Counted from the stretch's first letter, positions 29,508-40,160 are shown. The stretch: 64,000 nucleotides of DNA from Prevotella sp. (GCA_031285625.1 JAITVV010000070.1:32001-96000), one strand, 5' to 3'. A program made the numbers and translations. The notes: generated by a model from the sequence alone, not told the origin.

Positions 29508-31598
29508 ATGAAATATCGGTTTGCAGTCAGTCTGTCTATTGTCTTAATCACTTTATTTTCATTATCCTGTGATAATGAAAATAAAGAAATAACCTTTCTT
29601 TCCTTATTGCATGAGATGACTGATAGAGAGTCTACCAGCAAATATCCCGATCCGTACTATACAGCTAAGCAGTTTAGCAGCTATGATCGTGCTTCGGATA
29701 CTGCCAGAATAGGATCTTTCTACTGGTTTGCAAACTGGGATTTTAGCCAGTTTTTACGTACGGAAGAAAATAATGGACGAAGGGAATTTGTATTGTTCGA
29801 TGCGGAGGGTCCGGGAGCTGTTGTAAGATTCTGGATAACTGTAGCCCATTATAATGACAATGGTATACTACGGTTCTATCTGGATAAGTCGGAAAAACCT
29901 GTGATAGAAGGTGAAGTACTATCTCTTATTAGTGGTGGAAAACTGGTAGGTGATCCTTTGTCGGTATCTGTTTCCGAAACAACACCCTACAAACAGAGAG
30001 GGCATAATTTGTACCTGCCCATTCCTTATTCACGACATTGTAAGATAACATATGAAACGCCCGGAATTATTGAAGCAGGAAGAAAACCTCCAGGTGAAAA
30101 TTTTTTCTATAGTGTTGCATATAGGACTTATGAAGAAGGTACTGACGTAAAAAGCTTTACAATGGAAGATCTGTTGCTCTATTCCGAAGATATAAAACTA
30201 ACGCAGCAAAAACTTAAATCGGAACCTGATTTTTCCAATTTTACCAAAACAGAATCTGAAACTAAAAATATAAAAAGCAAGGATTCTGAAAATATGGTTT
30301 CTTTAGCAGGTACAAAAGCAATCAAAGGTATCTCTGTTAAACTCACTGCCGAAGATTACGAACAAGCTTTGCGTTCGACAATACTTAAGATATCGTTTGA
30401 TGGAAACCAGTCGGTATGGGCACCGGTAGGTGACTTTTTTGCAACAGGAAACCGTCTTTCTCCTTACCGTTCTTTTTATACTACTGTAACAGGAGATTCG
30501 ATATTAGACTGTTATTGGGTGATGCCATTTAAAGACAAATGTGAAATTTCTCTGGAAAACTTAAACGGTAAACCTGTACAGGCATCACTTACAGTCTATT
30601 CATCGAATACCAAATGGGATAAAAACAGTATGTATTTCGGTGCCGGATGGACAGAATATAACCGTAAGCACACGGGCGAAAAAAGGAGTATAGATGGATC
30701 GTATGGAGCCAGTGATATTAATTTTGTTACACTTAATGGCAAAGGTATTTATGTGGGAGATGCTGTAACCATCTTCAACCCGATAGGTGACTGGTGGGGC
30801 GAAGGTGATGAGAAAGTATATGTGGATGGTGAAAGTTTTCCCTCGTTTTTCGGAACAGGGACAGAAGACTATTATGGTTATGCATGGTGTCTGCCAAACT
30901 TTTTTGAGCATCCGTTTATTGGCCAACCTGATGGGCAGGGTGCATACCAACCCGGCCATGTCTCGAACCTGCGCTATAGGGGATTGGATGGGATCACTTT
31001 TGATAAATCCATTATATTTGATATGGAATTCTGGCATCAGGGTGGTACATATATAAACTATGCTGTGACGACTTATTGGTACATGTTGCCCGGAGGTAAA
31101 ACCAACCGAAAGGAAGAGACTGCATTAGCTTCCTTGCCTATTGTAAAACATAAAAATGAACTGGTTAGCAATGTTCCTGACGAAAATGGGATCATTGAAG
31201 GCGAATACCTGAATATTAAAGTTCAGGGCGGTATGGAAAGAACCCAAAGCCTTATTGACTTTGAATGGCGCAACGGTACTCAATTCATCTGGCGCGAAGC
31301 TAATACGGGCGATATTGCATGGCTCGGGTTTGTAGCAAAAGATGAAGGTGTATATCAAATTAACTTTGAAATGACAACTGCTACAGACTATGGAAGGTTT
31401 GCACTTTACATTAACGATAAATTGGTAGAACAGTCATTTAATGCATATAGCTCTGTATTGCAGATGAAAACCCTTATTTTGAAAAATATACAGCTTAGAA
31501 AAGGAGAGAATATATTAAAGGTGGTACAATTACAGAGAGATCCGAAGGCTGTAAATACATTATTCGGACTGGATTATATGACTCTTATTAAAAAATAA
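29508..31598 (+). CDS. GH172 (DUF2961) lipoprotein with C-terminal CBM-like domain
   Basis: Lipobox SLS-C; SSYDR, GPGAVVRFWIT, WWGEGDE, GTGTEDYYG; C-terminal EGE...DYG...FGLDY beta-sandwich. Confidence 0.85.
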   Translation: MKYRFAVSLSIVLITLFSLSCDNENKEITFLSLLHEMTDRESTSKYPDPYYTAKQFSSYDRASDTARIGSFYWFANWDFSQFLRTEENNGRREFVLFDAEGPGAVVRFWITVAHYNDNGILRFYLDKSEKPVIEGEVLSLISGGKLVGDPLSVSVSETTPYKQRGHNLYLPIPYSRHCKITYETPGIIEAGRKPPGENFFYSVAYRTYEEGTDVKSFTMEDLLLYSEDIKLTQQKLKSEPDFSNFTKTESETKNIKSKDSENMVSLAGTKAIKGISVKLTAEDYEQALRSTILKISFDGNQSVWAPVGDFFATGNRLSPYRSFYTTVTGDSILDCYWVMPFKDKCEISLENLNGKPVQASLTVYSSNTKWDKNSMYFGAGWTEYNRKHTGEKRSIDGSYGASDINFVTLNGKGIYVGDAVTIFNPIGDWWGEGDEKVYVDGESFPSFFGTGTEDYYGYAWCLPNFFEHPFIGQPDGQGAYQPGHVSNLRYRGLDGITFDKSIIFDMEFWHQGGTYINYAVTTYWYMLPGGKTNRKEETALASLPIVKHKNELVSNVPDENGIIEGEYLNIKVQGGMERTQSLIDFEWRNGTQFIWREANTGDIAWLGFVAKDEGVYQINFEMTTATDYGRFALYINDKLVEQSFNAYSSVLQMKTLILKNIQLRKGENILKVVQLQRDPKAVNTLFGLDYMTLIKK

Positions 31599-31725
31599 TA
31601 TCTGTCGAACTGGATGTCTTGCCAAGTAATTATACAGGTTTAGCCTCTGCAACGGAGCAATGAAATAGCAGGTTTTTTATTGTTTTTATCTGTTACTTTC
31701 AATGATGAACTTGTATATAGACAAT

Positions 31726-31760
31726 TTTATCCTGCCAACATTCATTATTGGCAGGATAAA
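31726..31760. terminator. Hairpin between convergent genes (bidirectional terminator)
   Basis: TTTATCCTGCCAA-N9-TTGGCAGGATAAA. Confidence 0.65.
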
Positions 31761-31786
31761 TATCATTTTGGGATATTGACGAAATC

Positions 31787-32536
31787 TTACAGTTTCAGAT
31801 CAAAGTGGCTTAATATTATAAAAGCGGCAGCTATAATAACAAGCATTAGTATCAATGCCAAAAACAGACCTAATATTACCTTACTAATGGCGGTTAACCA
31901 TGAAGAAGTCTTAAAAAATTGCACTAATCCCCATATAACATATATTTCAGACAAAACAAATACAAGCTTATATATTAAGATTGACTTTGTAAAATAGATT
32001 ATGGGATAAAAGATCAGCAAAATAAGAATTCTGGCACCACTTATATAAGAAAAAAGAACAAGGTGTTCTATATAATTATAACGTTGTTTATGAAATAACA
32101 AATAGGTAAAAAAAGCGTAAAACGGTATAAGTACCAATAAGACTAAAGAGTAGTGTTCGAAATACCAATTATAGACAGGAATATACTCTAAGACAATATT
32201 CCCGTCATGTTTATTCATTTCCTCTAATGGGAAGAAGTGAAAAAAATGAAATATGAGGCTATAAATAACTCCCCAGACAATAAGGAATAAGAATGGCTTG
32301 GTGTATTTCACCCTTTTTCCTGCCAGATAGTTTTTTATGGTCATACCCGGTCTTAGCAACAGTTCTTTTGTAGTATATAGCAAGCCCTTATTGATATGTA
32401 ATAATCCATATTGTAACTCTTCCGCCAAATGTTTAGCATTTACGCGAGAAGTACGGGCAGATTGTCCGCATTTACTACAGAAATTATCATTTAGTACATT
32501 ATTACAATTCAAACAATGGCGAACATTCTTATGCAT
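31787..32536 (-). CDS. DUF3667 domain membrane protein
   Basis: N-terminal CLNC...FCSKCGQ zinc ribbon, T.KELLLRPG...YLAGKRVKY..P, YNYIEHLV. Confidence 0.85.
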   Translation of the reverse strand: MHKNVRHCLNCNNVLNDNFCSKCGQSARTSRVNAKHLAEELQYGLLHINKGLLYTTKELLLRPGMTIKNYLAGKRVKYTKPFLFLIVWGVIYSLIFHFFHFFPLEEMNKHDGNIVLEYIPVYNWYFEHYSLVLLVLIPFYAFFTYLLFHKQRYNYIEHLVLFSYISGARILILLIFYPIIYFTKSILIYKLVFVLSEIYVIWGLVQFFKTSSWLTAISKVILGLFLALILMLVIIAAAFIILSHFDLKL

Positions 32537-32659
32537 CCGTTATGAAAATTATTTAATATATAAAACAGTATTCCATTAAATTGGTTTAACACGATTTCTA
32601 ATTCTCATATGAATGATATAATTTAGTACTCTGTGATTGTCTCATACATGTTTTTTTAA

Positions 32660-32667
32660 TACATTTG
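32660..32667 (+). promoter_or_regulatory. -7 element of prfB promoter
   Basis: TACATTTG 38 bp upstream of ATG 32705. Confidence 0.6.
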
Positions 32668-32704
32668 CACCTCAAAATATTTTGAATAACTAAATTATAA
32701 TCTT

Positions 32705-33818
32705 ATGATTACTGCAGACCAACTCAAAGAAGTGTTGGAGCGCGAGGACGCGCTGAGGAGGCATCTTTGACGTCGATGCGAAAAAAATACAACTTGAAGA
32801 AGAAGAATTAAGGACCCAGGCTCCGGGATTTTGGGATGATGCAAAAACAGCTGAAGCCCAAATGAAAATTATCCGCGGATTGAAAGGCTGGATACAAGGA
32901 TATACCGAAGTAAAAGGAGCTACCGAAGAGCTACAACTCGCTTTTGACTTTCTTAAAGAAGGAATAACTTCTGAGGAAGAGGTTGATGAAGCATATAAAA
33001 AAGCATTGGAACTGGTTGAAAATCTTGAGTTAAAGAACATGCTTCGCCGCGAAGAGGATAAACTCGGAGCCGTACTAAAGGTGAATAGTGGCGCAGGAGG
33101 AACCGAAGGGCAGGATTGGGCATCCATGCTATTCCGCATGTATCAGCGCTGGTGCGAAGCTAAAGGTTATAAAATCACTATAACAAACTGGCAGGATGGA
33201 GATGAAGCCGGTATAAAAACAGCCACTTTGCAAGTAGAAGGTGAATATGCCTATGGATATTTAAAATCCGAAAACGGAGTTCATCGCCTTGTACGGGTAT
33301 CGCCCTACAACGCACAGGGGAAACGCATGACATCTTTTGCATCGGTATATGTGGTTCCATTAGTAGATGACACTATCGAAATTGAAGTTAATCAGTCCGA
33401 TATTACCTGGGATACATTCCGCTCAAGCGGTGCAGGAGGACAAAATGTAAATAAAGTAGAAACAGGAGTCCGTCTACACTACAAATACAAAGATCCTGAT
33501 ACCGGGGAAGATAAAGAGATTGTAATAGAAAATACCGAAAGCCGTTCCCAATTTGGAAATAAGGATAATGCAATACGACTATTGAAGTCGCAGCTTTACG
33601 AAATGGAGCTGGAAAGACGTAGCCGTGAGCAATCGAAAATAGAAGCCGGGAAGAAAAAAATAGAGTGGGGATCACAAATCCGCAGCTATGTTTTTGATGA
33701 CAGGCGGGTTAAAGATCACCGCACAAATTACCAAACATCTAATGTAAACGCTGTGATGGACGGGGACTTAGATGATTTTATAAAAGCATACTTAATGGAG
33801 TACGGCGAAGAAGCCTGA
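32705..33818 (+). CDS. prfB: Peptide chain release factor 2, programmed +1 frameshift
   Basis: ORF0 MITADQLKEVLEREDALRRHL ends CTT TGA C (32765-32771); the +1 frame continues DVDAKKIQ... into SPY and GGQ motifs. Confidence 0.96.
32756..32771 (+). promoter_or_regulatory. prfB frameshift cassette
   Basis: AGGAGG-CAT-CTTTGAC: internal SD-like element 3 nt before the slippery CTT TGA C. Confidence 0.92.
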
Positions 33819-33842
33819 TCCACTCACTAAAAAACCTTAATT

Positions 33843-36614
33843 ATGACCAGGAAGACATATCTGAAATGTGTCTTTCTTGGTATTGCATTTTTATTATTGG
33901 CAATACCGGGAAATGCACAAAAAAAAGTATTGGACCATACGGTTTACGACTCATGGAAGAGTATCTCTAACACAGGAATAACAAATGATGGTAGTTTCTC
34001 AGTTTGTGTGGTGAAAGAGCAGGAAGGAGACGAATATTTGTTAATTAACAACCTGAAAACGAATAAAAGTTTTATTGTTCCACGTGCATACACTTTCTCC
34101 ATATCTCCCGACCAGAAATCTGTTATAGCTAAGATAAAAGCGCCTTTCGCAGACATACGTCAGGCTAAAATAAAAAAAACAGCTGATGAGAAAATGCCTA
34201 AAGATTCACTGGCTATCATTATACTTAAAGATTTCTCAGTGACTAAAATACCTAATGTAAAAGATTATCGGACGGGGAAAGATTTTTCTGAATATATTGC
34301 CTATACTATCGATGATTCGGCCAAAGTAAAAGATAAAAAAGAGATCAAAGCGCGAACTTTGGTTCTTCGTAATCTACACACTGCAAAAGAAGATACAATA
34401 AAACATACTACAGAATACCTGTTTAGCCGCAATGGAAAAAGCTTTTCTACAATACTAAAGCCAAGTGAAAAAGACTCGATTAACAAACCTGCGGTTTTGT
34501 TTGTAAATTTATCTAACCTTTCAAAGGATACTGTATCTCTGGGGAAAACAATCTATAAAAGTATTTCTTTATCCGAGTCGGGAAGTAAGCTAATATTCCT
34601 TGCAACGACTGACAGCCTGAAAAAAGAAATAAAAGAGTACAATCTCTTCTATTTCGATTCAAGTATGGATTCGGCAAAATTAATAGCTGATAAGAATAAA
34701 AATGGGATACCCGATAAATGGTCCATTAGTGATAACTACAGACCAACATTTAGTAAAAACGAGAAGCGTTTACTAATGGGTATTGCTCCTATAGTATTAC
34801 CTAAAGACACGACTATCCCTGACTTTGAAAAAGCACAGCTGGACCTATGGCATTGGCAAGAACCGCAAATCCAGCCGATGCAACTGGTACAAAAAGAAAA
34901 AAAGCTAAAGCAAACATATCTTTCCTATATAGACTTAAACAATGAGCAGTTCTATCAACTGGGCACTGAAGAGATTCCTGAAATAACCATTTCTGATGAG
35001 AATAATGGTAGATATGCATGGGGAACTTCGAATTTAAGATATCAGTTGGAATCACAATGGGATGTTTGGGCCAATTCAACAAATGATATATGGTTATTTG
35101 ACTTAGAGAATAACACAAAGAAGCAAATAAAGACAGGGCTGAGATCAGTATTATATTTTTCACCTCAAGGAAATTATCTGGCTTGGTATAATCCTGAGGA
35201 TAGAAAATATTATGCTTATTCTTCAGAAACAGGAAAAGAAACCTGCCTGACAGATAAGTTAAATATAAACTTCTGGAATGAAAAAACTGATACTCCTATG
35301 TTACCATATCCTTATGGCATTGCAGCATGGATGGATGGTGATAAATACATACTTGCTTATGACAAATATGATATATGGAAACTTGATCCTAGAGGTATAC
35401 AGAAACCCGAAAACTTGACGAAAAATATTGGGCGTGAAAAGAAGGTCAGGCTTCGTTATATCAAAACCGATCCGGAAAGCCGATTTATAAAACCAGATGA
35501 GAAGCTATTGTTGAGAGCTTTTGATGAAACAACTAAGGAGACAGGCCTCTATGAACTCTACAAATCGAAGCTGATCTCTCTGAAAATGGACAAATACACC
35601 TATTCCATACCGGTAAAAGCAAAAGACAAAGAAGTATATTGTTTCACAAAAGGCAACTTCAATACATCGCCCGACTTGTACATAACCTATGATTTATGGA
35701 AAACAGAAACAAAATTGTCTGACATTAATCCTCAAATGAAAGAATATAACTGGGGGACAGCTGAATTAATGTCATGGACTATGTTTGATGGTAAGCCGAC
35801 TCAAGGTATCATATATAAGCCTGAAAATTTTGATCCTACAAAAAAATATCCGGTAATGGTTTATTTTTATGAACAACATACCGATAATCTTTATCAACAC
35901 TTTCCTCCTGCGCCAAGTCGTTCTATCATCAACATTCCATTCTATTGCAGCAGAGGATATATTGTATTCACCCCTGATATTGTATACACAACAGGACATC
36001 CTGGAGAGAATGCCTACAATGCGATTGTTTCAGGAGCACAGGAGCTTGCCAAGAATCCGTGGGTAGATAAAGACAACATGGCCCTCCAAGGCCAGAGCTG
36101 GGGTGGATACCAGACTGCATATCTGATAACACGTACAAATATGTTTAAAGCAGCTGGAGCAGGAGCTCCTGTTTCCAATATGTTCAGTGCCTATGGTGGA
36201 ATCAGGTGGGATACGGGAATGAGCCGCCAATTCCAGTATGAGCAAACACAATCCCGCATCGGTGCTACCATGTGGGAAGCACCCGAGTTATATAAGGAAA
36301 ACTCTCCTATATTTTTTGCAGACAAAGTACAAACACCATTATTGATCATGCACAATGACAAAGATGGAGCCGTGCCATGGTATCAGGGAATAGAATATTT
36401 TATGGCTCTTCGCCGTTTGGGAAAACCGGTCTGGATGCTGCAATACAACAATGAGGCCCATAACCTGAAAGAAAGAAGAAATTGCAAAGACTTATCAATA
36501 CGCCTGCAACAATTCTTTGATCACTACCTGAAAGGTGATCCCATGCCCGTTTGGATGAAAACCGGAGTTCCGGCCATAGAAAAAGGCAAAACATATGGAT
36601 TTGAATTGGAATAA
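33843..36614 (+). CDS. S9 prolyl oligopeptidase family peptidase, secreted
   Basis: Signal peptide, beta-propeller region, GQSWGG nucleophile, DGAVP and EAHNL triad motifs. Confidence 0.92.
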   Translation: MTRKTYLKCVFLGIAFLLLAIPGNAQKKVLDHTVYDSWKSISNTGITNDGSFSVCVVKEQEGDEYLLINNLKTNKSFIVPRAYTFSISPDQKSVIAKIKAPFADIRQAKIKKTADEKMPKDSLAIIILKDFSVTKIPNVKDYRTGKDFSEYIAYTIDDSAKVKDKKEIKARTLVLRNLHTAKEDTIKHTTEYLFSRNGKSFSTILKPSEKDSINKPAVLFVNLSNLSKDTVSLGKTIYKSISLSESGSKLIFLATTDSLKKEIKEYNLFYFDSSMDSAKLIADKNKNGIPDKWSISDNYRPTFSKNEKRLLMGIAPIVLPKDTTIPDFEKAQLDLWHWQEPQIQPMQLVQKEKKLKQTYLSYIDLNNEQFYQLGTEEIPEITISDENNGRYAWGTSNLRYQLESQWDVWANSTNDIWLFDLENNTKKQIKTGLRSVLYFSPQGNYLAWYNPEDRKYYAYSSETGKETCLTDKLNINFWNEKTDTPMLPYPYGIAAWMDGDKYILAYDKYDIWKLDPRGIQKPENLTKNIGREKKVRLRYIKTDPESRFIKPDEKLLLRAFDETTKETGLYELYKSKLISLKMDKYTYSIPVKAKDKEVYCFTKGNFNTSPDLYITYDLWKTETKLSDINPQMKEYNWGTAELMSWTMFDGKPTQGIIYKPENFDPTKKYPVMVYFYEQHTDNLYQHFPPAPSRSIINIPFYCSRGYIVFTPDIVYTTGHPGENAYNAIVSGAQELAKNPWVDKDNMALQGQSWGGYQTAYLITRTNMFKAAGAGAPVSNMFSAYGGIRWDTGMSRQFQYEQTQSRIGATMWEAPELYKENSPIFFADKVQTPLLIMHNDKDGAVPWYQGIEYFMALRRLGKPVWMLQYNNEAHNLKERRNCKDLSIRLQQFFDHYLKGDPMPVWMKTGVPAIEKGKTYGFELE

Positions 36615-36631
36615 AATGGTATTAAATTAGT

Positions 36632-36639
36632 TATATTTG
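36632..36639 (+). promoter_or_regulatory. -7 element upstream of lolA-like gene
   Basis: TATATTTG. Confidence 0.45.
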
Positions 36640-36781
36640 TAATTAATATACAGGACCTTATTTTCGTCAATGAGTGACTTTATCAAGTATATGAACAATC
36701 TGATATAGAAGGTAGTTATAAGAGACTATTAAACTTTTAATTAATTTACATGTCTAAGTATTTAAAACATACAAAACAAAT

Positions 36782-37420
36782 ATGAAAACAAGACTATTTA
36801 CACTGATAACTCTTTTTACCTTTATACTTTCTGCGTCTGCTCAGGATGCCCGTTCAATTCTGGATAAGGCTTCAGAAGCATATAGTAAAGCCGGTGCGGT
36901 AACTGTTACATTTACACTAGACTCTAAAGACACCAAAGCGAAAACAACTTATAGCTATGATGGTAAAGCATTTATGAAGGGTGATAAATTTAAACTGGAG
37001 ATACCTGATGCCGTTACCTGGTTTGATGGAACAACACAATGGGTATATGTAAAAGATACTGAAGAGGTAAACATAAGCAATCCTACCGGAGAGGAGCTTC
37101 AGGGTATCAGTCCATCTGTACTTTTCAGTATATATAAGAAAGGATATAATCTGACATATAAAGGAGAAAAAAAATTAGGAGGGAAAACTGTACAGGAGGT
37201 TGAGCTTACCCCTCAGAAGAAAAATGCTGATATAGCAAAGATCGTAGTACAAATAGATAAAGCCAACAATACCTTTCATAAAATAAGCCTGACAGATAAA
37301 GTTGGTATGCTGAATTCATTGACTATAAATAGCTATCAAACAGGTGGTAATATACCTGATTCTACATTCTCATTTAATAAAAAAGAATATCCTAGAGCGG
37401 AAATTGTAGACCTCAGGTAA
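36782..37420 (+). CDS. lolA: LolA-like outer membrane lipoprotein carrier
   Basis: Signal peptide; KGDKF.L, WFDGTTQW, EVNIS, C-terminal EIVDLR; adjacent to trxB as usual in Bacteroidales. Confidence 0.82.
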   Translation: MKTRLFTLITLFTFILSASAQDARSILDKASEAYSKAGAVTVTFTLDSKDTKAKTTYSYDGKAFMKGDKFKLEIPDAVTWFDGTTQWVYVKDTEEVNISNPTGEELQGISPSVLFSIYKKGYNLTYKGEKKLGGKTVQEVELTPQKKNADIAKIVVQIDKANNTFHKISLTDKVGMLNSLTINSYQTGGNIPDSTFSFNKKEYPRAEIVDLR

Positions 37421-37528
37421 AATAGATTGTATTTATCTATCCATAAAAAAATAGAAATGGATAAATTTTGATCACATAAATTTATTCTATATCTTTACAT
37501 AAAATATAAACAAAACATATAAAACAGC

Positions 37529-38470
37529 ATGAACGAAAAAGTACGTTGCCTTATTATCGGCTCAGGTCCTGCAGGTTATACTGCTGCGATCTATGCATCG
37601 AGAGCAAACTTATCACCCGTGTTATATGAAGGGATACAACCCGGAGGGCAGTTAACGACCACTACAGAAGTGGAAAACTTTCCCGGATATCCTGAAGGTA
37701 TTACTGGTCCCGAATTGATGGAGGACTTGAAAAAACAAGCTAGCCGTTTTGGGGCAGATATTCGTTTTGGAATTGCTACTGCTGTAGACTTCACAAGTTA
37801 TCCCAGAAAAGTAACAATTGATGGGGAGAAAGTAATCGAAACAGATACTGTTATAATTGCCACGGGAGCCAGTGCTAAATACTTAGGTCTTCCTGATGAA
37901 TCAAAATATGCAGGAATGGGAGTCTCTGCCTGTGCAACCTGTGATGGCTTTTTCTATCGTAAGAAAACTGTAGCCGTTGTTGGAGGTGGCGATACCGCTT
38001 GTGAAGAAGCGATCTATCTGGCAGGTCTTGCAGAAAAGGTATATCTAATTGTTCGTAAGCCATTTCTTCGTGCATCGAAGGTAATGCAAGACAGAGCTAT
38101 GCAAAATCCAAAGATTGAGATTCTATTTGAATGTAATGCAGTAGGCTTATTCGGTGATAACGGGGTTGAAGGAGCCCACATCGTAAAACATCAGGGAGAA
38201 GCTAACGAAGAAAAATTCGATATTAAAATTGATGGATTCTTCCTTGCAATAGGACATAAACCAAATACAGATATATTTAAAGATCAGATTAATCTGGATT
38301 CGGTAGGATATATTATTACAACTCCAGGAACGCCTAAGACATGCGTTGAAGGTATTTTTGCTGCAGGAGATGTGGCAGACCCTACTTATCGACAGGCTAT
38401 AACTGCAGCAGGTAGTGGTTGTCAGGCAGCTATAGAAGCAGAAAGATATTTAAGCGAAAGAGGATTATAA
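37529..38470 (+). CDS. trxB: Thioredoxin-disulfide reductase
   Basis: GSGPAG, CATCDG, GGGDTA, FAAGDV. Confidence 0.96.
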   Translation: MNEKVRCLIIGSGPAGYTAAIYASRANLSPVLYEGIQPGGQLTTTTEVENFPGYPEGITGPELMEDLKKQASRFGADIRFGIATAVDFTSYPRKVTIDGEKVIETDTVIIATGASAKYLGLPDESKYAGMGVSACATCDGFFYRKKTVAVVGGGDTACEEAIYLAGLAEKVYLIVRKPFLRASKVMQDRAMQNPKIEILFECNAVGLFGDNGVEGAHIVKHQGEANEEKFDIKIDGFFLAIGHKPNTDIFKDQINLDSVGYIITTPGTPKTCVEGIFAAGDVADPTYRQAITAAGSGCQAAIEAERYLSERGL

Positions 38471-38488
38471 CTCTATATTGTGTGATAG

Positions 38489-38523
38489 AAAAGAGCCGGA
38501 TTATAGTATAATCCGGCTCTTTT
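38489..38523. terminator. Bidirectional terminator between trxB and ffh
   Basis: AAAAGAGCCGGATTATA-g-TATAATCCGGCTCTTTT. Confidence 0.9.
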
Positions 38524-38544
38524 AATTTAATATATTTATCCTTA

Positions 38545-39864
38545 TTATCGTCTCATTTTTGGCATATTGCCACCTTTCATCTGAGTCATCATTTTCATCA
38601 TTTTACGGGTCTGATCAAATTGCTTGATCAATTTATTTACCTCTTGTATAGATGTTCCGCTACCACTGGCAATGCGTTGACGGCGGCTACCATTCAATAT
38701 CTCAGGGTTTGAACGTTCTTTTGGCGTCATCGAATAGATAATAGCTTCAATGCTTTTGAATGCATCATCGTCAATGTCAAGATCTTTAATAGCTTTACCA
38801 ACCCCCGGTATCATAGATGCCAGATCTTTCAGGTTACCCATTTTCTTGATCTGCTGTATTTGTCCGATGAAATCGTTAAAGTCAAACTGATTTTTTGCTA
38901 TCTTCTTTTGCAGACGGCGTGCTTCTTCCTCATCATATTGTTCCTGTGCTCTTTCTACAAGTGAAACAATATCACCCATACCGAGGATACGGTCAGCCAT
39001 ACGTTCAGGATGGAAAACATCAAGTGCATCCATTTTTTCACCTGTACCTACAAATTTAATAGGCTTATCAACAACTGAGCGTATAGAAAGTGCAGCACCA
39101 CCACGGGTATCACCATCAAGCTTTGTTAATACAACACCATTAAAATTTAATCTGTCATTGAATTCTTTAGCTGTATTCACAGCATCCTGGCCTGTCATTG
39201 AGTCTACAACAAAGAGAATTTCGTCGGGTTTTACAGCATCTTTGATAGCTGTAATTTCTTTCATCATCTCTTCGTCGATAGCTAAACGACCTGCAGTATC
39301 TATAATAACAAGATCGTTACCATTCTGTTTAGCTTGCTTGATACCATTCTGGGCAATCTGCACAGGATTTTTATTACCTTCTTCGAAGTATACAGGAACA
39401 CCTATTTGTTCTCCGAGTATCTTTAACTGCTCAATAGCTGCAGGACGATAAACGTCACCGGCAACTAGTAATGGATTTTTACCTTTTTTCGATTTGAGCA
39501 TTTTGGCCAGCTTTCCCGAGAAAGTTGTCTTTCCCGAGCCTTGTAAACCGGACATTAAAATAATGGCAGGGTTTCCTTTCAGATTTACGTCTGCGGCTGT
39601 ACCTCCCATTAATGCAGCTAGTTCATCATGAACTATTTTTACCATCAACTGCTCCGGTTTAACGGCTGTAAGTACATTTTGTCCTAAAGCCTTTTCTTTT
39701 ACAGTTTCAGTAAATTGTTTTGCTGTTTTATAGTTGACGTCGGCATCCAATAGCGCACGACGTACATCTTTTAGCGTTTCTGCTACATTTATCTCGGTGA
39801 TTTTACCTTCACCTTTCAGAATTTTAAACGAACGTTCTAATCTACTACTTAGACTTTCAAACAT
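38545..39864 (-). CDS. ffh: Signal recognition particle protein
   Basis: [27 protein letters not shown], Met-rich M domain. Confidence 0.97.
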   Translation of the reverse strand: MFESLSSRLERSFKILKGEGKITEINVAETLKDVRRALLDADVNYKTAKQFTETVKEKALGQNVLTAVKPEQLMVKIVHDELAALMGGTAADVNLKGNPAIILMSGLQGSGKTTFSGKLAKMLKSKKGKNPLLVAGDVYRPAAIEQLKILGEQIGVPVYFEEGNKNPVQIAQNGIKQAKQNGNDLVIIDTAGRLAIDEEMMKEITAIKDAVKPDEILFVVDSMTGQDAVNTAKEFNDRLNFNGVVLTKLDGDTRGGAALSIRSVVDKPIKFVGTGEKMDALDVFHPERMADRILGMGDIVSLVERAQEQYDEEEARRLQKKIAKNQFDFNDFIGQIQQIKKMGNLKDLASMIPGVGKAIKDLDIDDDAFKSIEAIIYSMTPKERSNPEILNGSRRQRIASGSGTSIQEVNKLIKQFDQTRKMMKMMTQMKGGNMPKMRR

Positions 39865-39994
39865 ATTGTATGGTTGTTATTTATATTCAAAATTAAGGAC
39901 TCGTACCTATTTGTTATCCATCCAAGTATAACTATGGATGACAGTGATAACTATGAATGTGAGTTTTAATAATTAACGCCTACTTATAGGTGCA

Positions 39995-40002
39995 CAAAGA
40001 TA
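39995..40002 (-). promoter_or_regulatory. -7 element of ffh promoter
   Basis: TATCTTTG on minus strand. Confidence 0.55.
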
Positions 40003-40108
40003 TAAACTTTTGGTATAAAGTAAAAAACTCATTATAGTTTTCTTATATATGAAGTTACAAACTATATAATAACTTTGATGTGGACTAGAATTATATCATC
40101 GCAAAATA

Positions 40109-40141
40109 GAAAAGCTGCCTAAATATGTTAGGCAGCTTTTC
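40109..40141 (-). terminator. Terminator downstream of ino1
   Basis: GAAAAGCTGCCTAA-N5-TTAGGCAGCTTTTC. Confidence 0.85.
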
Positions 40142-40160
40142 ATTATTATAAGATTATTGT

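Noticed and set aside
31680-31997. 105-aa plus-strand ORF after GH172
   Set aside because: TTG start, spans a terminator hairpin and overlaps the DUF3667 gene antisense
32768-32770. In-frame TGA suggesting a prfB pseudogene
   Set aside because: It is the canonical programmed frameshift site CTT TGA C
39865-39994. SRP RNA or structured leader upstream of ffh
   Set aside because: Only a short CATCCA/TGGATG stem; no SRP helix-8 GNRA/AGCAG motif visible
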